NCBI GenBank assembly: GCA_002269645.1
Contig: NIVC01000140.1
Span: forward strand, 496,001 to 560,000
Direction: 5' to 3'
From: Macrostomum lignano
Lineage: Eukaryota
Length of the DNA: 64,000 bases
Shown here: positions 10,609 through 23,867 of the stretch, piece by piece
How positions within the stretch are numbered: position 1 is the stretch's first letter
How the letters are laid out: the number at the start of each line of letters is the position of its first letter
Program-made: the position numbers and the translations under genes
Notes under the pieces: model-generated
Told to the model about the DNA's origin: nothing
Database searches by the model: none
Seen by the model: the letters and a program-made list of their open reading frames with translations, nothing else

Positions 10609-11735
10609 ATGGTGGCCACCAGGACCTACATGATAAGAAGCATGTTTTGGTACGGGCAGCAGTTTATCGTGGCTTGGGTCCTGTTCGCCGCGTGCATCTG
10701 GGGCGCGACTGACGGCTCTGGCGTTCCGGCCGTCTACTGGAGCAGCCCCGTCATCGCGGTGACTTCGGCCTTGGGCATCGCGGCTGCGTGGCGAGTTTTG
10801 AAGCAGCGCAGCTCCATCCCGGCTTACTGGGTCTGCAGCCTGCTGCTCAACCTGCCGGCTATCGGAGTCTGCCTACCTGGCGTTGTCGGCGGGGGAGACT
10901 TAAGCAAGGTCCCTGCTGCGCTCTCCTTCGGATGCGGCCTGTTTCTGCTGCTTTCTGCTTTTGTGATGGTAATTTGCCTTGATGTTGCCGCCGCCCCAGC
11001 AGCTCAGACAGCATAAGTAGATTGAATAGGGCAGAGCAGTAGTTAATGCGTCTGAATCTGGAGTACCCAGGTTCGATTCGACCCTGGGATTTTTGGGATC
11101 CTCGCACATCAGGGCCACCTGTGCACTATCTGCAAACTATCTTACTACAAGTAACCAACAGGCTTGTTATCCCAGCAATTCGGGCAGACTAAATATGGAA
11201 GCAGTATTAATTATATCTATTAATAATTGATTACACCTGCCCTAATAGGCAGATGAGCAACCGACAGCTCAGCCGCAGCCATTGCACGGCACATCTGAAG
11301 GCTGCGTGCGGCTGTTCAGTCCAAGGACTGGGGGGGGGGGGGGTCGCCACACACCCTCAATTACCCCAGCTAATGCTGGCACCCATTTTACAGCTGGATG
11401 AACTGAAGCAATGCAGAGTTAAACGTCTTGCTCATGGACACACACTGGTTCCAGTGGGATCGGGAATCGAACCCCCCACCTTCAAGTCGGGAGTCCGACA
11501 CTGTAACCACTAGGCTGGCATGGAGGCAGGGTTCACTTGAGGTCACTGGCCAGAGCTAAATTGTGAATCGAGTTCTATCCGCACCCCCCTGCAGAGCCTC
11601 ATATTTGCCATTTTCCTCTTGCTGCACTTCGCCTGCGGCTCCGAGTTTCTGCGGCTCTTCAGCGGCCAGCCGGCTGGCGAGGCCGAGGAGCGCCGGGGGC
11701 TGCTGGCCGGAGATGACGGCAAGCCGCTGACCTGA
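10609..11735 (+). CDS. Divergent MS4A-like four-TM protein, duplicate copy join(10609..10968,11595..11735)
   Basis: Exon 1 ORF translation identical to the 3017 gene; same donor (10969) and acceptor (11594). Confidence 0.72.
11212..11524 (-). mobile_element. tRNA/CORE-like SINE, duplicate copy
   Basis: B box at 11462-11473; same sequence as 3620-3930 apart from polyG length. Confidence 0.7.
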
Positions 11736-12074
11736 GCCGGGCTGCTGTGCAGTGATGAAGCTTTACACTGAATCCAGTATTGTCAAATTCATAGCTTCAA
11801 TACTCTTTGTATTTTCAATAATTTTCATATATTCATTCAATGCAATACCGGTCTTTGTACTTTTTCTCGCAACCAAAACCCCAAGAGTTTTTTAGAATAT
11901 TTGATTATGCTGGTTTAGTTTTATTCTGAACATTTTTAGCAGTGCGAAATGAGACACGACTGTGGCGATTCCAGCTCTGGTATATTTCTCTTCACTTAAA
12001 ATATAGTAGCTGTGGGCATGCAGTGTCTGCATCTTCAAGCCAGCTTTGGTGCTCATTTGGTGCTCAGTTCCATA

Positions 12075-12354
12075 ATAGATCCCCAAGTTCCATAATTGAT
12101 CCCCAAGTTCCATAATTGATCCCCAAGTTCCATAATTGATCCCCAAGTTCCATAATTGATCCCCAAGTTCCATAATTGATCCCCAAGTTCCATAATTGAT
12201 CCCCAAGTTCCATAATTGATCCCTAAGTTCCATTATAAATCCCCAAGTTCCATTATAGATCCCCAAGTTCCATTATAGATCCCCAAGTTCCATTATAGAT
12301 CCCCAAGTTCCATTATAGATCCCTAAGTTCCATTATAGATCCCCAAGTTCCATG
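12075..12354. repeat. 20-bp minisatellite, duplicate copy, 14 units
   Basis: Counterpart of 4481-4760. Confidence 0.95.
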
Positions 12355-12930
12355 ACAGATCCCGAAGTTCAGGATCCCGAGTATCTACATGCTAAGATCG
12401 TGAAGCCCTGTTTACAGATTCTAAATTCCCTCATGGAGCCTGAAGTATTTCAATAGACTCTGAAGATTTTAATAGCTCTCACCCCCCCCGGCAGACTCTG
12501 TGGGCCGGCTGCAGCCGATGTGACGCTTTTTCCGATTTTACCGTTTAGCGGCTTTTTTGTTTTTATATGATTTAAATATAAAATAAAAGTTTCAACATTT
12601 TCGAATGGCTAAAGTTGAGTTTGGTATTAATGTGGTAATATATTATAACCTTCTAGGCTTCTACCCGACACTCTAGCAGTGCCACGCGATGCTGCTTCAG
12701 CAATTTTACCTGTCCGTCAGAATCGTCAGTGCTAGGTACGAGTAGTCAGAATGGTAGATAGACGACCCGGTAGAGAGCTAGATAGAGGGTAAAATAGAGG
12801 GGTAGATAGAAGGCTAGATAAGGAGCTAGATAGAGGGTGGATAAAGGGCTAGATAGGGGTAGATTGAGGGGTAGATAGAAGGGTGGATAGTGCTAGGCAG
12901 AGGGCAAGATAAGGGGGCCTACAAGACAGA

Positions 12931-13266
12931 GTGCTAGACAGAGTGCCAGGCAGTGTGCTAGACAGAGTGCCAGGTAGTGTGTTAGGCAGTGTGCTAGACA
13001 GAGTGCCAGGCTGTGTGCTAGACAGAGTGCCAGGCTGTGTGCTAGACAGAGTGCCAGGCTGTGTGCTAGACAGAGTGCCAGGCTGTGTGCTAGACAGAGT
13101 TCCAGGCTGTGTGCTAGACAGAGTGCCAGGCTGTGTGCTAGACAGAGTGCCAGGTAGTGTTAGACAGTGTGCTAGACAGAGTGCCAGGTAGTGTTAGACA
13201 GTGTGCTAGACAGAGTGTCAGGCGGTGTGCTAGACGGAGTGCCAGGCAGAGTGCTAGGCAGAGTGC
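12931..13266. repeat. 24-bp minisatellite, duplicate copy
   Basis: Counterpart of 5337-5672. Confidence 0.9.
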
Positions 13267-13754
13267 TATCAAACATTATCCAATCATTCCAGCCCCGTCC
13301 AGAATGGCTGAGGCCGGCTCCTCTATCGCGGAGATGCCGGAGAGGCCGACGGGCTCCCAAACTGCATTTTTTGAAATTTGAATCTCCTTTGGCAGCTGAA
13401 CCAAGAAAATTGGACCGTATTCCGAGGTTTCTTCAACCTCTTATCACCAGCAATAATCTTTTAAAAGCAATCGGTTGTGTTGCTGAACTAAGTTTATTTA
13501 GTTCAGGTAACTGGCTAAAGCCATGGCAAGTTCAGGTTAAAGTCATATTCAAGTTCTGCGCAATACTCTCGCATTCATAGTAATTGCTAGCTGACGAAAA
13601 GCTGCCTAATAAATACAATTGCAAAGCATGTAAGCCTTACAGTGCTGCAGGATGTGGTAGAGTTGCTCGCTTAATTTTCCGTTTTCAACTTGACACTTGA
13701 GATAGTACAATCGTTTGCTTATTTATATTGAGTGTTTCGTTCAATGATAAAATA

Positions 13755-13794
13755 TACCCTGACGACGGCCCTAGTGGGTTAAAACGCGTTGGTT
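13755..13794 (+). ncRNA. Degenerate minimal hammerhead motif, duplicate copy
   Basis: Identical to 6161-6200; CTGACGA at 13759-13765. Confidence 0.6.
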
Positions 13795-14061
13795 TTCGCC
13801 ATAAATGTTGATCTTAAGCTTTATTTATTAGCTGCAGGATGTTGCAGTGCGCATCGTTTATGATTATTCCTTTAACTTTTCTGCTTATTTGCTGTCACTC
13901 CATGACGGCCCAGATTAATCTGCTTGCCTTTGCCAGCGTATGATGCGGCGCAATGCTTTGCCTTTCAGCTGCTGGAATATTTGCCATTTTATGCAGTAAA
14001 TACTCCAGCAGATGCTATTGCCGTACACGCGTCTAGCTCACATATCGCTGTTGGAAGCTGA

Positions 14062-14521
14062 GAGAATTGGCGATTGCAGTTTTGTGATGGCAGAGCCGGG
14101 CTTTGAGAATTGGCGATTGCAGTTTTGTGATGGCAGAGCCGGGCTTTGAGAATTGACGATTGCAGTTTTGTGATGGCAGAGCCGGGCTTTGAGAATTGGC
14201 GATTGCAGTTTTGTGATGGCAGAGCCGGGCTTTGAGAATTGACGATTGCAGTTTTGTGATGGCAGAGCCGGGCTTTGAGAATTGGCGATTGCAGTTTTGT
14301 GATGGCAGAGCCGGGCTTTGAGAATTGGCGATTGCAGTTTTGTGATGGCAGAGCCGGGCTTTGAGAATTGGCGATTGCAGTTTTGTGATGGCAGAGCCGG
14401 GCTTTGAGAATTGGCGATTGCAGTTTTGTGATGGCAGAGCCGGGCTTTGAGAATTGGCGATTGCAGTTTTGTGATGGCAGAGCCGGGCTTTGAGAATTGG
14501 CGATTGCAGTTTTGTGATGGC
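14062..14521. repeat. 43-bp minisatellite, duplicate copy
   Basis: Counterpart of 6468-6927. Confidence 0.95.
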
Positions 14522-14576
14522 CTTTGAGACTATACACTATAGCAATCCGGTCCGCTGAAGGTTTGTGCCTTCTCAG

Positions 14577-15085
14577 CTCTCCTCTCCCCTCTCTTCTCTT
14601 CTCTCGTCTCCCCTCCTCTCCTCTCTTCTCTTCTCCTCTCCTCTCCTCTCCTTTCCTCTCATCTCCTCTCCTCTCCTCTCCTCTCCTCTCCTCTCCTCTC
14701 CTCTCCTCTCCTCTCCTCTCCTCTTCTCTCCTCTCATCTCCTCTCCTCTCCTCTCCTCTCTTCTCCTCTCCTCTCCTCTCCTCTCCTTTCCTCTCATCTC
14801 CTCTCCTCTCCTCTCCTCTCCTCTCCTCTCCTCTTCTCTCCTCTCCTCTCCTCTCCTCACCTCTCCTCTCCTCTTCTCTCCTCTCCTCTTCTCTCCTCTC
14901 ATCTCCTCTCCTCTCCTCTCCTCTCCTCTCCTCTTCTCTCCTCTCATCTCCTCTCCTCTCCTCTCCTCTCCTCTCCTCTCCTCTCATCTCCTCTCTTCTC
15001 TTCTCCTCTTCTCTCCTCTCCTTTCCTCTCATCTCCTCTTCTGTCCTCTCTTCTCTTCTATTTTATTCTCGTCTCTTCTCTTCTC
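14577..15085. repeat. (CCTCT)n microsatellite, duplicate copy
   Basis: Counterpart of 6983-7500, 10 bp shorter. Confidence 0.95.
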
Positions 15086-15196
15086 CTATTTCGTCTCTCT
15101 TCTTTCGCCTCTTTTTTCTCCTCTCTGCCCTCCTCTGGCCCGCAGTCATGCGTTAGGTTACTTATCTGGCCCTTTAGGTAAAATGTTTGCCGACCC

Positions 15197-15914
15197 CTAG
15201 CCTAAGCCTATCCATAGGTAGCATATCCGGTCTCTGGTAAATGAAAGGTAAAAGAAAGAGCAGTGGCAGACAATGTTGCTGCGCATCTTCGTTGCCGTAA
15301 TTGAAAAAGGGCAAAGTTTACTATCGAGGTCGCCTCGGAGGAAGCAGTAACTGTCGAGGTAGCAATTATGGCCCGTAAAAGTCATAACAATGGTGCGAAT
15401 CCTTCCGCTTTGGTTTGGAAGGACTGAACCGCTGTGTGTGATTGCTGACGATCTGACGATTGATGACCGTAGAAGGGATATGGGCCATGGGCTCAGGGCC
15501 AAGGAAAGAGCCAAAAGCCGAACTTTTTGGCGAGGGTGTCTGCCAGCTCGTTCCCCGGAAACCCTGCATGCGTGCTATGGGATCCACTTCGGATGACAGT
15601 ATTATTGCTACTGGCCATATAGGTTGAGCTGCCCGAGCGCAGCGACTTTCCAGGAGTTCTTAGTGGTGTGGCAAAGGCCGCCTAAGGCCGCTTGGCTGTC
15701 AGAATGGATGACGATAGTCTCTCTCCTCTCATACCCTTGGCATTCAGCTCTGCGGCGCAGGAGCTGATATAACAAGGACTTCTTTCTAGAAGACGGTGGA
15801 GAGTCCGCCAGTGTGCTGGGCATTAGACTCTGAAAGCTGGCGGTAATTGTAGCTGTCTTTGATGGATCCGTCCGTGTAACAATTTGAACCTCACAGCATC
15901 CCATAATGGGATAT
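15197..15914 (-). mobile_element. Decayed LINE RNase H/3' end, duplicate copy
   Basis: YTDGS at 15864-15878; same lesions as copy 1. Confidence 0.85.
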
Positions 15915-18534
15915 GGAGACCCCTGTAAGCACTGAAAGAGGTTGAGAGTGCGGGCTTCAAATATTGATAAGATCATAACATCAAAAAACAAGAAGGTACT
16001 GCTCCCGCCGGCCACGCAGTAGCCAGAAAAGGGGGAGCAATCAGAAAAGTCAGTCAGCAAAGCAATGTTTAGTGTCGAATATCTCTGTATCAGAGCCGTC
16101 TTTTGCGGTGGCTGAGGTGTCATTTTAAAGCTGAGACATGCGTAGAAAGCAAATCGAGGCATTTTTTAATCCAGCATATGCTTTTAGGCTGCTGCTACGG
16201 TTGAAAAAACTTCAGTCAACGGTAAAGCGATGTCTAATCAGTGTTGCTAAGCAATTTTTGAATCAATGTATCTCCAAAAGATTTTTACATCATTACATGA
16301 ATTAAAGCTCATTCGATGCAAAATTGCGTAAATATATGCTAAAAGATGGTTGAAGCAGGTCAATTTTGTTAAAGTTACAGACGATCGTTTTGAATGTAGT
16401 CTCACTGTCTGAATAAATATAAATATATATATTGGCCAAACAGGCTTCTTGCCTGAGCCAAACTTACTACTACTTCTTCATTCTTACGTCTAAAGTTTTT
16501 ATTTTAATGGACCTCCGACTCCGACCTATGCTGAACTCTTTGTGCTGAGGTCATGCTAGAAATTATTTAATCTAATGTCAATGAATAGGCCTAGATTGTA
16601 TTGTATGTGCTGTTCTGTCTCAGACTGTCTGGTGTATAGGGTAGGTCGTAGGTCACTAGGCCTAGTGTAGGTAGGCTTTGTAGCCTTTGGTAGAATAGCT
16701 ACCTGTCCTTGGCCTATAATAGGGCCTATGTCATGGCGATAGAACTATTTCTATAAGTGATAGCTGTTATATCTATCATTTTACATAAGTCATAAGTTCA
16801 TAGTTGTTAGGGACTCAAGTAGGATTTTGCAAATTGTTTTTGGTAGGCCTAAGGCTTAGGCCTAGCCTATGCTAGGGCCTAGCTTGTTTTTAAGGCAATG
16901 CTTATTTAGCCAGCATTACTATTTGTCAAACAAGCTTGCTATTATTTAGCTAGGGCCTAGTAGTCTAACCCTATATTGTTGGTCAAACATTTTTGGACTA
17001 AAATGTTTTTACTAGGGGCCTATGTTATCCTATAGTCTGGATCATGCTAAGTGCATGCCCAAACAAAAATTGAATAATTTCAAATGCATACAAAAAAATT
17101 GAGTGCACATCTACACTTTCAAATCTAGGCCAATATATATAGTATTGTGACAATAAATACCTTTTTTATGTGCAATAATTAATGACCTTTTTGTGTTGCA
17201 TAAAGCACCTTTTTGTCTCATAACTTCATTGATTTTTTTCATTTATGCTTATACTAGGGCCTAATTGCAATATAAAATGCTTTAGTTTGAATGCTTTAAA
17301 ACTAAAAAGCTTAAAATGTATATTTAAAAATGAATTTTTTATTGTTCTTTTAATTTAACACTAACTCCTACATGTGATTTTAGAAAGTGCATACCAGGTA
17401 TGCATGCATACTACTTTCTTAAGAGTAATGTATGCCAATTGTATATATCTAACTTTTGGTATGCAAGGCCAATTTTTGGGTATATACTATATAATCCAGA
17501 GAGTGGGGCCTATGTACCCAAAGTTAAATGCTTTTTTATATTTGCAAAATATATTTTAAGGCATATCATATAACTTATACATATGTATCATCTATCATGT
17601 ATGACATATATCCCAGGACATACATTGATGTATACTAAAAAATAATAAGTATCTTTATTATATACCAGGAAATCTTAGCATATGTCACTTTCTAAACTAT
17701 GGCATGCTACAAGTGTAGATATCAATATAACATAAGTCATTATTATTTTAATAAATATAAAATATAGCAAAAATATTCATTATTCTACTTAAATCATAAA
17801 AATTAATTAAGTAAAAAGTAAACAAAGAATTAAGAATGGATATGAATAAAAGTCATCTTAATATTAGGGGATATCAAGTAAAAGCTAGGGGTTGCATAAA
17901 ATTCAATGGGCCTTTTGCAAATAACCTACATTGGCATATATATAGGTGGCAACAATTGTATATGCATTTTTAGCCTAGATAGCTATCCTAATTTACTAGT
18001 AGAAAGTGCCTTTGTGACTTCTGCTTGCTAGAATAGGCCTAGATTCAAGCCATAAGAGCAATAATAAGCTCTAGGGCATGGGACCAAAGGTACCTAGAGT
18101 CTATACTGACCAGTTGGGAGCTGTGGTAGTTGCCTAGGTTAGTAATCAGTATACTTGGCTGATTTGTAAGCCTTGGCTAAGATAGCAGCTACATGGGAGG
18201 TGACAGCAGGGATATGCAGATGACTTGAGGTGCAGATATGCATGATTGTTGCATCCCAAGCTAATAGCAGCTTGTGTTCTAAACTTAGGATCATGTCATT
18301 TATGCTAGAAATTTCTGGTAAACACTTGTAACAGCTGGTATACATTTGGTACACTTATGGCGCATACTTGAATTTTGTTAGATTTAATTATAAAGTAACA
18401 ATACATGCTATTCACCTATTCACTGCTTATATTGTCTGATGTTTCCTTTGCTTAGAGTCAATTTTTAGTGCCATCATTTCATTTAAGTTACACTATCTTA
18501 CTAACAGGCTCTCATTTCCTATAAATCTCTGCTA

Positions 18535-19249
18535 CCCAGTAGTCTCAGTGCTGTCCTGTGAGCCCCAGTAGTCTCAGTGCTGTCCTGTGAGCCCCAGTAG
18601 TCTCAGTGCTGTCCTGTGAGCCCCAGTAGTCTCAGTGCTGTCCTGTGAGCCCCAGTAGTCTCAATGCTGTCCTGTGAGCCCCAGTAGTCTCAGTGCTGTC
18701 CTGTGAGCCCCAGTAGTCTCAGTGCTGTCCTGTGAGCCCCAGTAGTCTCAGTGCTGTCCTGTGAGCCCCAGTAGTCTCAGTGCTGTCCTGTGAGCCCCAG
18801 TAGTCTCAATGCTGTCCTGTGAGCCCCAGTAGTCTCAGTGCTGTCCTGTGAGCCCCAGTAGTCTCAGTGCTGTCCTGTGAGCCCCAGTAGTCTCAGTGCT
18901 GTCCTGTGAGCCCCAGTAGTCTCAGTGCTGTCCTGTGAGCCCCAGTAGTCTCAGTGCTGTCCTGTGAGCCCCAGTAGTCTCAGTGCTGTCCTGTGAGCCC
19001 CAGTAGTCTCAGTGCTGTCCTGTGAGCCCCAGTAGTCTCAGTGCTGTCCTGTGAGCCCCAGTAGTCTCAGTGCTGTCCTGTGAGCCCCAGTAGTCTCAGT
19101 GCTGTCCTGTGAGCCCCAGTAGTCTCAGTGCTGTCCTGTGAGCCCTAGTAGTCTCAGTGCTGTCCTGTGAGCCCCAGTAGTCTCAGTGCTGTCCTGTGAG
19201 CCCTAGTAGTCTCAGTGCTGTCCTGTGAGCCCCAGTAGTCTCAGTGCTG
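18535..19249. repeat. 29-bp minisatellite (CCCAGTAGTCTCAGTGCTGTCCTGTGAGC), about 24 copies
   Basis: Exact periodicity; each unit contains GTGAGC. Confidence 0.95.
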
Positions 19250-19394
19250 CACAAGTCCCACCCAAAGTCCTCAGATGCGCCATGCACTTCTGGCGGCCGT
19301 CTTGCTGACTGGGGATGGACGCATTCCCTATTCCACTTCAGTTTTAGGGTTAGAAAAGATTGAAATAGAAATGTGAATCTTGCTTTTGCTGCAG

Positions 19395-20444
19395 CAGCCA
19401 CAGCAACAGCCTGGCCCCGTGGTGTCGCCAGTGCCGCAGGTGGTGACGCCACCCTCTGCCGCGGCCCCCGGCAGCTACGCGAGCCGCGTGCCGCCTTCGG
19501 TACTGCGGGCCCACCGCATCATGGGCTTCCTGCAGCTGCTGACTGGCGCTCTCGTCATCATCATCAACATTGCGGGCCTGGCCGTCGGATCTGGCAAGAA
19601 AATCAACACTCGGTACGGCCTGTCGACCCAGTTCAGCCTGGTCGGCGGCGGAGTCTGGTCCGGCCCGTTCTTCATCGCTGCCGGCATCTCTGGGCTCTCG
19701 GCAGGTCGTCCCGGTGGCGGCTGCACCCTGGGCTGCGTGGTCACCTGCCTGGTGTTCTCCATCATCGCCTCGATCTTGGCCTTCTCCGCCATGGTCACCG
19801 AGGCCATTGTGGCTGCTGAGAACCGCAGAATGTACGAGTACTCCAAGTCGTACTCAAGTAGCAGCTCTGAAGACGTCTTTCGGGCCGTGTACGGCACCGG
19901 CATCGCCTGTGTGCTGCTGTGCGCCTTCGAGTTCGTGCTGGCCATCGTGCACTCCGCTTTCGCCTGCCGCGCCTCCTGCTGCTGCGTGCCATCAGCTGTG
20001 AGCAACCAGCAGCAGCCGCACCAGCAGGTGTTCATGACCGGCCAGCGCGCCTACGTCACGGGGCATGAGGGGCCCTACCCTGGCCATGTCGTAGTCTACC
20101 CTGGTCAGCAGGTCGTCTTTGCTCCTCAGTCAGGCCACCCACCGCCACCCGGGTATCCTGTCCAGCAGACCGGGTATCCGGGTCAGCAGGCTGGGTATCC
20201 GGGTCAGCAGGCCGGGTATCCGGGTCAGCAGGCCGGGTATCCGGGTCCGCAGGCCGGGTATCCGGGTCCGCAGGCCGGGTATCCGGGTCCGCAGGCCGGG
20301 TATCCGGATCAGCAGGCTGGGTATCCAGGTCCGCAGGCCGGGTATCCGGGTCCGCAGGCTGGATATCCGGGTCCGCAGGCCGGCAGCAGCACAGCTCCGC
20401 CGCCCTATGGATCCAGCATTGAAGGTCACGCGGTGAAATTTTGA
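19395..20444 (+). CDS. MS4A/CD20-like four-TM protein with 11 GYPG(Q/P)QA heptads and a PPPY motif; start codon unresolved
   Basis: TM1 [22 protein letters not shown]2 [17 protein letters not shown] (CD20-family-like), TM3 [21 protein letters not shown]4 then CRASCCC. The frame opens after acceptor TTTTGCTGCAG at 19394; first in-frame ATG is 19521. Confidence 0.85.
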   Translation, partial: QPQQQPGPVVSPVPQVVTPPSAAAPGSYASRVPPSVLRAHRIMGFLQLLTGALVIIINIAGLAVGSGKKINTRYGLSTQFSLVGGGVWSGPFFIAAGISGLSAGRPGGGCTLGCVVTCLVFSIIASILAFSAMVTEAIVAAENRRMYEYSKSYSSSSSEDVFRAVYGTGIACVLLCAFEFVLAIVHSAFACRASCCCVPSAVSNQQQPHQQVFMTGQRAYVTGHEGPYPGHVVVYPGQQVVFAPQSGHPPPPGYPVQQTGYPGQQAGYPGQQAGYPGQQAGYPGPQAGYPGPQAGYPGPQAGYPDQQAGYPGPQAGYPGPQAGYPGPQAGSSTAPPPYGSSIEGHAVKF

Positions 20445-21039
20445 AACTGCTATCAAGGCGCGTACATTGGATGTTTAATTGGATTGGTTGTTTAAAAGAC
20501 ACCTACCTCCCACTTGAAAGCTGATCCGAATTCTAAGCCGTCAGCAAGATTCAGTGGGTCCAGACGCACTCTGATTGCCGAATATGGCGCGAACTTCTTG
20601 TTGCAATATTTTTCATTCTGTTTATTTCTGTAAGTTCTCTTTCTGCAGACGCTGTGTACGACCTCCTATTGACAGCTGAAATCATGCTTTTCGTGTTGAA
20701 CTAAATCAAGCGTGTCATCTCATGCGACTTCGGTCCTCATTCACTTTAGCTGCGGAGATTGTACTTTAATGGACTTTTATGACCGGCCTCAGCTGAAGTT
20801 GACCGGCATGATGCGGGCTGCATGAATGCGTGATATTTTATAGCGTGCGCTGCATCTTTCATACTACTATTAAAAAACTATTTTTTAAATAAAAAATGAA
20901 AATTCGAAACTTCTACTTACTCTCAAAGCATCCTGTAAAACTTTGTCGTCATGACCTTATTTGACTGGTTACCTTATTTAAATCTTCGTTTTAAATATTT
21001 AACCTGAGTTTGTAGCCCCCAGATCTATGAAACAGCATC

Positions 21040-21470
21040 CTCAGTCCCATCACGCCAGCACCCTCTCAGCCCCATCACGCCAGCACCCTCTCAGTCCCAT
21101 CACGCCAGCACCCTCTCAGTCCCATCACGCCAGCACCCTCTCAGCCCCATCACACCAGCACCCTCTCAGTCCCATCACGCCAGCACCCTCTCAGCCCCAT
21201 CACGCCAGCACCCTCTCAGTCCCATCACGCCAGCACCCTCTCAGCCCCATCACACCAGCACCCTCTCAGTCCCATCACACCAGCACCCTCTCAGCCCCAT
21301 CACACCAGCACCCTCTCAGCCCCATCACACCAGCACCCTCTCAGCCCCATCACGCCAGCACCCTCTCAGCCCCATCACGCCAGCACCCTCTCAGCCCCAT
21401 CACGCAAGCACCCTCTCAGCCCCATCACACCAGCACCCTCTCAGCCCCATCACGCAAGCACCCTCTCAGT
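21040..21470. repeat. 25-bp minisatellite (CAGCACCCTCTCAGCCCCATCACGC), about 17 copies
   Basis: Tandem periodicity ending about 45 bp before the next gene. Confidence 0.95.
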
Positions 21471-21514
21471 CCGCGAGATCAGGGAATGCTAGTATTTAAC
21501 CAATTCTTCGCTTC

Positions 21515-22600
21515 ATGCAGCAGTCACATCAGCTTCAACAGCCGGGCACGCGGGTGGCGACCCCCGGCAACTACCTGGACCGCGTGTCGGCTCGGGTGCT
21601 GCGCGGCCTCCGCATCATGGGCATCATTCAGGTGCTGGTCGGTATCTTCGCCATGAGCGTCAGCATCGCCGGTCTGGTCATCGGCACCGACAAGAAGATG
21701 GTGGACAAAGACAGCGGCGCCGAGAGCGAGCTGAGCCAGCTTGGCAGCGGCGTCAGGGCCGGCCCGTTCTTCATAGCCGCCGGCATCTCCGGCATCATCG
21801 CCTCCCGCCCAGGCTGCTGCTGCCCCCTGGGCTGCGTGGTCACCTGCCTCGTGCTGTCCATCCTCGCCGCCGTCTCCGCCTTCTCTGCCATCATCACGGA
21901 GGCGTTTGCGGTCGCGCAGAACCGCACCCTGTATGAGAATGCTGGCAGCGGCAGCGACTTCACCGCCTACCACGTCGTCTACAGCACCGGCATCGTGTGC
22001 GCGCTGCTCTGCGGCATCGAGCTGGCGGTGGCCAGCGTGCACTCCGCCTTCGCCTGCTGTGCCTCCTGCTGCTGTGTGCCATCGGCTGTGAGCAGCGAGA
22101 CACAGCAGCGGCAGCATCAGCAGCATGTGGTCACCAACCAGCCTGGAAGTTCCTCTGGCCCGCAGGCCGGGTATTCAGGTCCACAGGCCGGGTATCCGGG
22201 TCAACAGGCTGGATATCCGGGTCCTCAGACTGGGTATCCGGGTCCGCAGGCCGGGTATCCGGGTCCTCAGACTGGGTATCCGGGTCCTCAGGCTGGATAT
22301 TCGGGTCCTCAAGGCGGATATCCGGGTCCTCGGGCTGGATATCCGGGTCCTCAGGCTGGATATCCGGGTCCTCGGGCTGGATATCCGGGTCCTCAGGCTG
22401 GATATCCGGGTCCTCAGGCTGGATATCCGGGGCCTCAGGCTGGATATTCAGGTCCTCAGGGCGGATTTCCGGGTCCTCAGGCTGGATATCCGGGTCCTCA
22501 GGGCGGATATCCGGGTCCGCAGGGCAGCTCCACGGGCGGCCGGATCCCGGATGCGCCGCCATCGTACGAGGCCAGCATGGCAGAAGCTGTTCGGAAGTGA
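21515..22600 (+). CDS. MS4A/CD20-like four-TM protein with 17 GY(P/S)GPQA-type heptads and PPSY, 361 aa
   Basis: Clear paralog of 19395 ([44 protein letters not shown]); intronless ORF. Confidence 0.88.
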   Translation: MQQSHQLQQPGTRVATPGNYLDRVSARVLRGLRIMGIIQVLVGIFAMSVSIAGLVIGTDKKMVDKDSGAESELSQLGSGVRAGPFFIAAGISGIIASRPGCCCPLGCVVTCLVLSILAAVSAFSAIITEAFAVAQNRTLYENAGSGSDFTAYHVVYSTGIVCALLCGIELAVASVHSAFACCASCCCVPSAVSSETQQRQHQQHVVTNQPGSSSGPQAGYSGPQAGYPGQQAGYPGPQTGYPGPQAGYPGPQTGYPGPQAGYSGPQGGYPGPRAGYPGPQAGYPGPRAGYPGPQAGYPGPQAGYPGPQAGYSGPQGGFPGPQAGYPGPQGGYPGPQGSSTGGRIPDAPPSYEASMAEAVRK

Positions 22601-23192
22601 AGCTCTGAAGCGCCATCCTGTTTTGGACTTGCAGCTGTGATGTGAAACTTTTTCTACACGTTGTTTTACCTATCGCCAGTTTTTCTGCTGCAGGTCGGGC
22701 ATGCATCTTGTGGCCTTAGTGGCAGCATTTTTGCCCAACTTGCACACAAAGAAGTTTTATGTTCCGGCTTTAGTCCATGAACAAATTTGCCACCAAATTT
22801 TTACATATTTTTTCTGCTCCTTCGATCCGATATGCCCGGAAACTGCGGAAATTTTTATTGCAAAAATTTATTAAATAATTATTGAATCCCGACTTTACAT
22901 TCGCTCTGCCCATGAACTTTTATTCCACATGCCTTTGGCAAGCCTATAATTAAGCTGTATATCTATCAGACACTGTTTCAGCAAAACTTTTCAGTCTTTT
23001 TTAGCTTTGATTAGCAAACTATAACATTCGTCTGGCCTCGCAACTGAATGTGTAACCGCAAAATTGAAAATCTCAGGCTCTCTTAACTGTTTGTGATGAC
23101 TCGCCAGCTTAAAAGTTCAATAACTCAGAAATATAGATTTTTCTATGGAAGATTCCATACAGTTTGGTTCAGAGGACTTTTTTATTCTGAAC

Positions 23193-23790
23193 CTGCAATA
23201 GCCTACTATCAGTAGCCCAATAGCTAGCACAGCTGAAATAGCCTACTATCAGTAGCCCCATAGCTAGCACAGCTGCAATAGCCTACTATCAGTAGCCCCA
23301 TAGCTAGCACAGCTGCAATAGCCTACTATCAGTAGCCCCATAGCTAGCACAGCTGCAATAGCCTACTATCAGTAGCCCAATAGTTAGCACAGCTGCAATA
23401 GCCTACTATCAGTAGCCCAATAGCTAGCACAGCTGCAATAGCCTACTATCAGTAGCCCCATAGTTAGCACAGCTGCAATAGCCTACTATCAGTAGCCCCA
23501 TAGCTAGCACAGCTGCAATAGCCTACTATCAGTAGCCCAATAGCTAGCACAGCTGAAATAGCCTACTATCAGTAGCCCAATAGCTAGCACAGCTGCAATA
23601 GCCTACTATCAGTAGCCCCATAGCTAGCACAGCTGCAATAGCCTACTATCAGTAGCCCCATAGCTAGCACAGCTGCAATAGCCTACTATCAGTAGCCCAA
23701 TAGCTAGCACAGCTGCAATAGCTTACTATCAGTAGCCCCATAGCTAGCACAGCTGCAATAGCCTACTATCAGTAGCCCCATAGCTAGCAC
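23193..23790. repeat. 40-bp minisatellite (AATAGCCTACTATCAGTAGCCCCATAGCTAGCACAGCTGC), about 15 copies
   Basis: Units at 23221, 23261 and onward. Confidence 0.95.
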
Positions 23791-23867
23791 GCATCCATAT
23801 TTCATTCCACCTCGGTGAGCACCATTATCCATCTGTCAGCAATGTTCCGTCCGTCTGTCTTCTTCAG

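Larger units (their letters stand above)
9967..17550. repeat. Tandem segmental duplication, copy 2 (7584 bp)
   Basis: Near-identical to copy 1. Differences seen: T4285/C11879, A9287/G16871, polyG 12 vs 14, +6 bp in (GAGT)n, -10 bp in (CCTCT)n, and rearranged 20-bp units. Confidence 0.97.

Noticed and set aside
2523-15200. Long ORFs such as HSLT-, SSPLL-, EERRG-, VLDRVPG- and HHKTAIANS-repeat proteins
   Set aside because: They are translations of micro/minisatellites that are open in several frames and on both strands.
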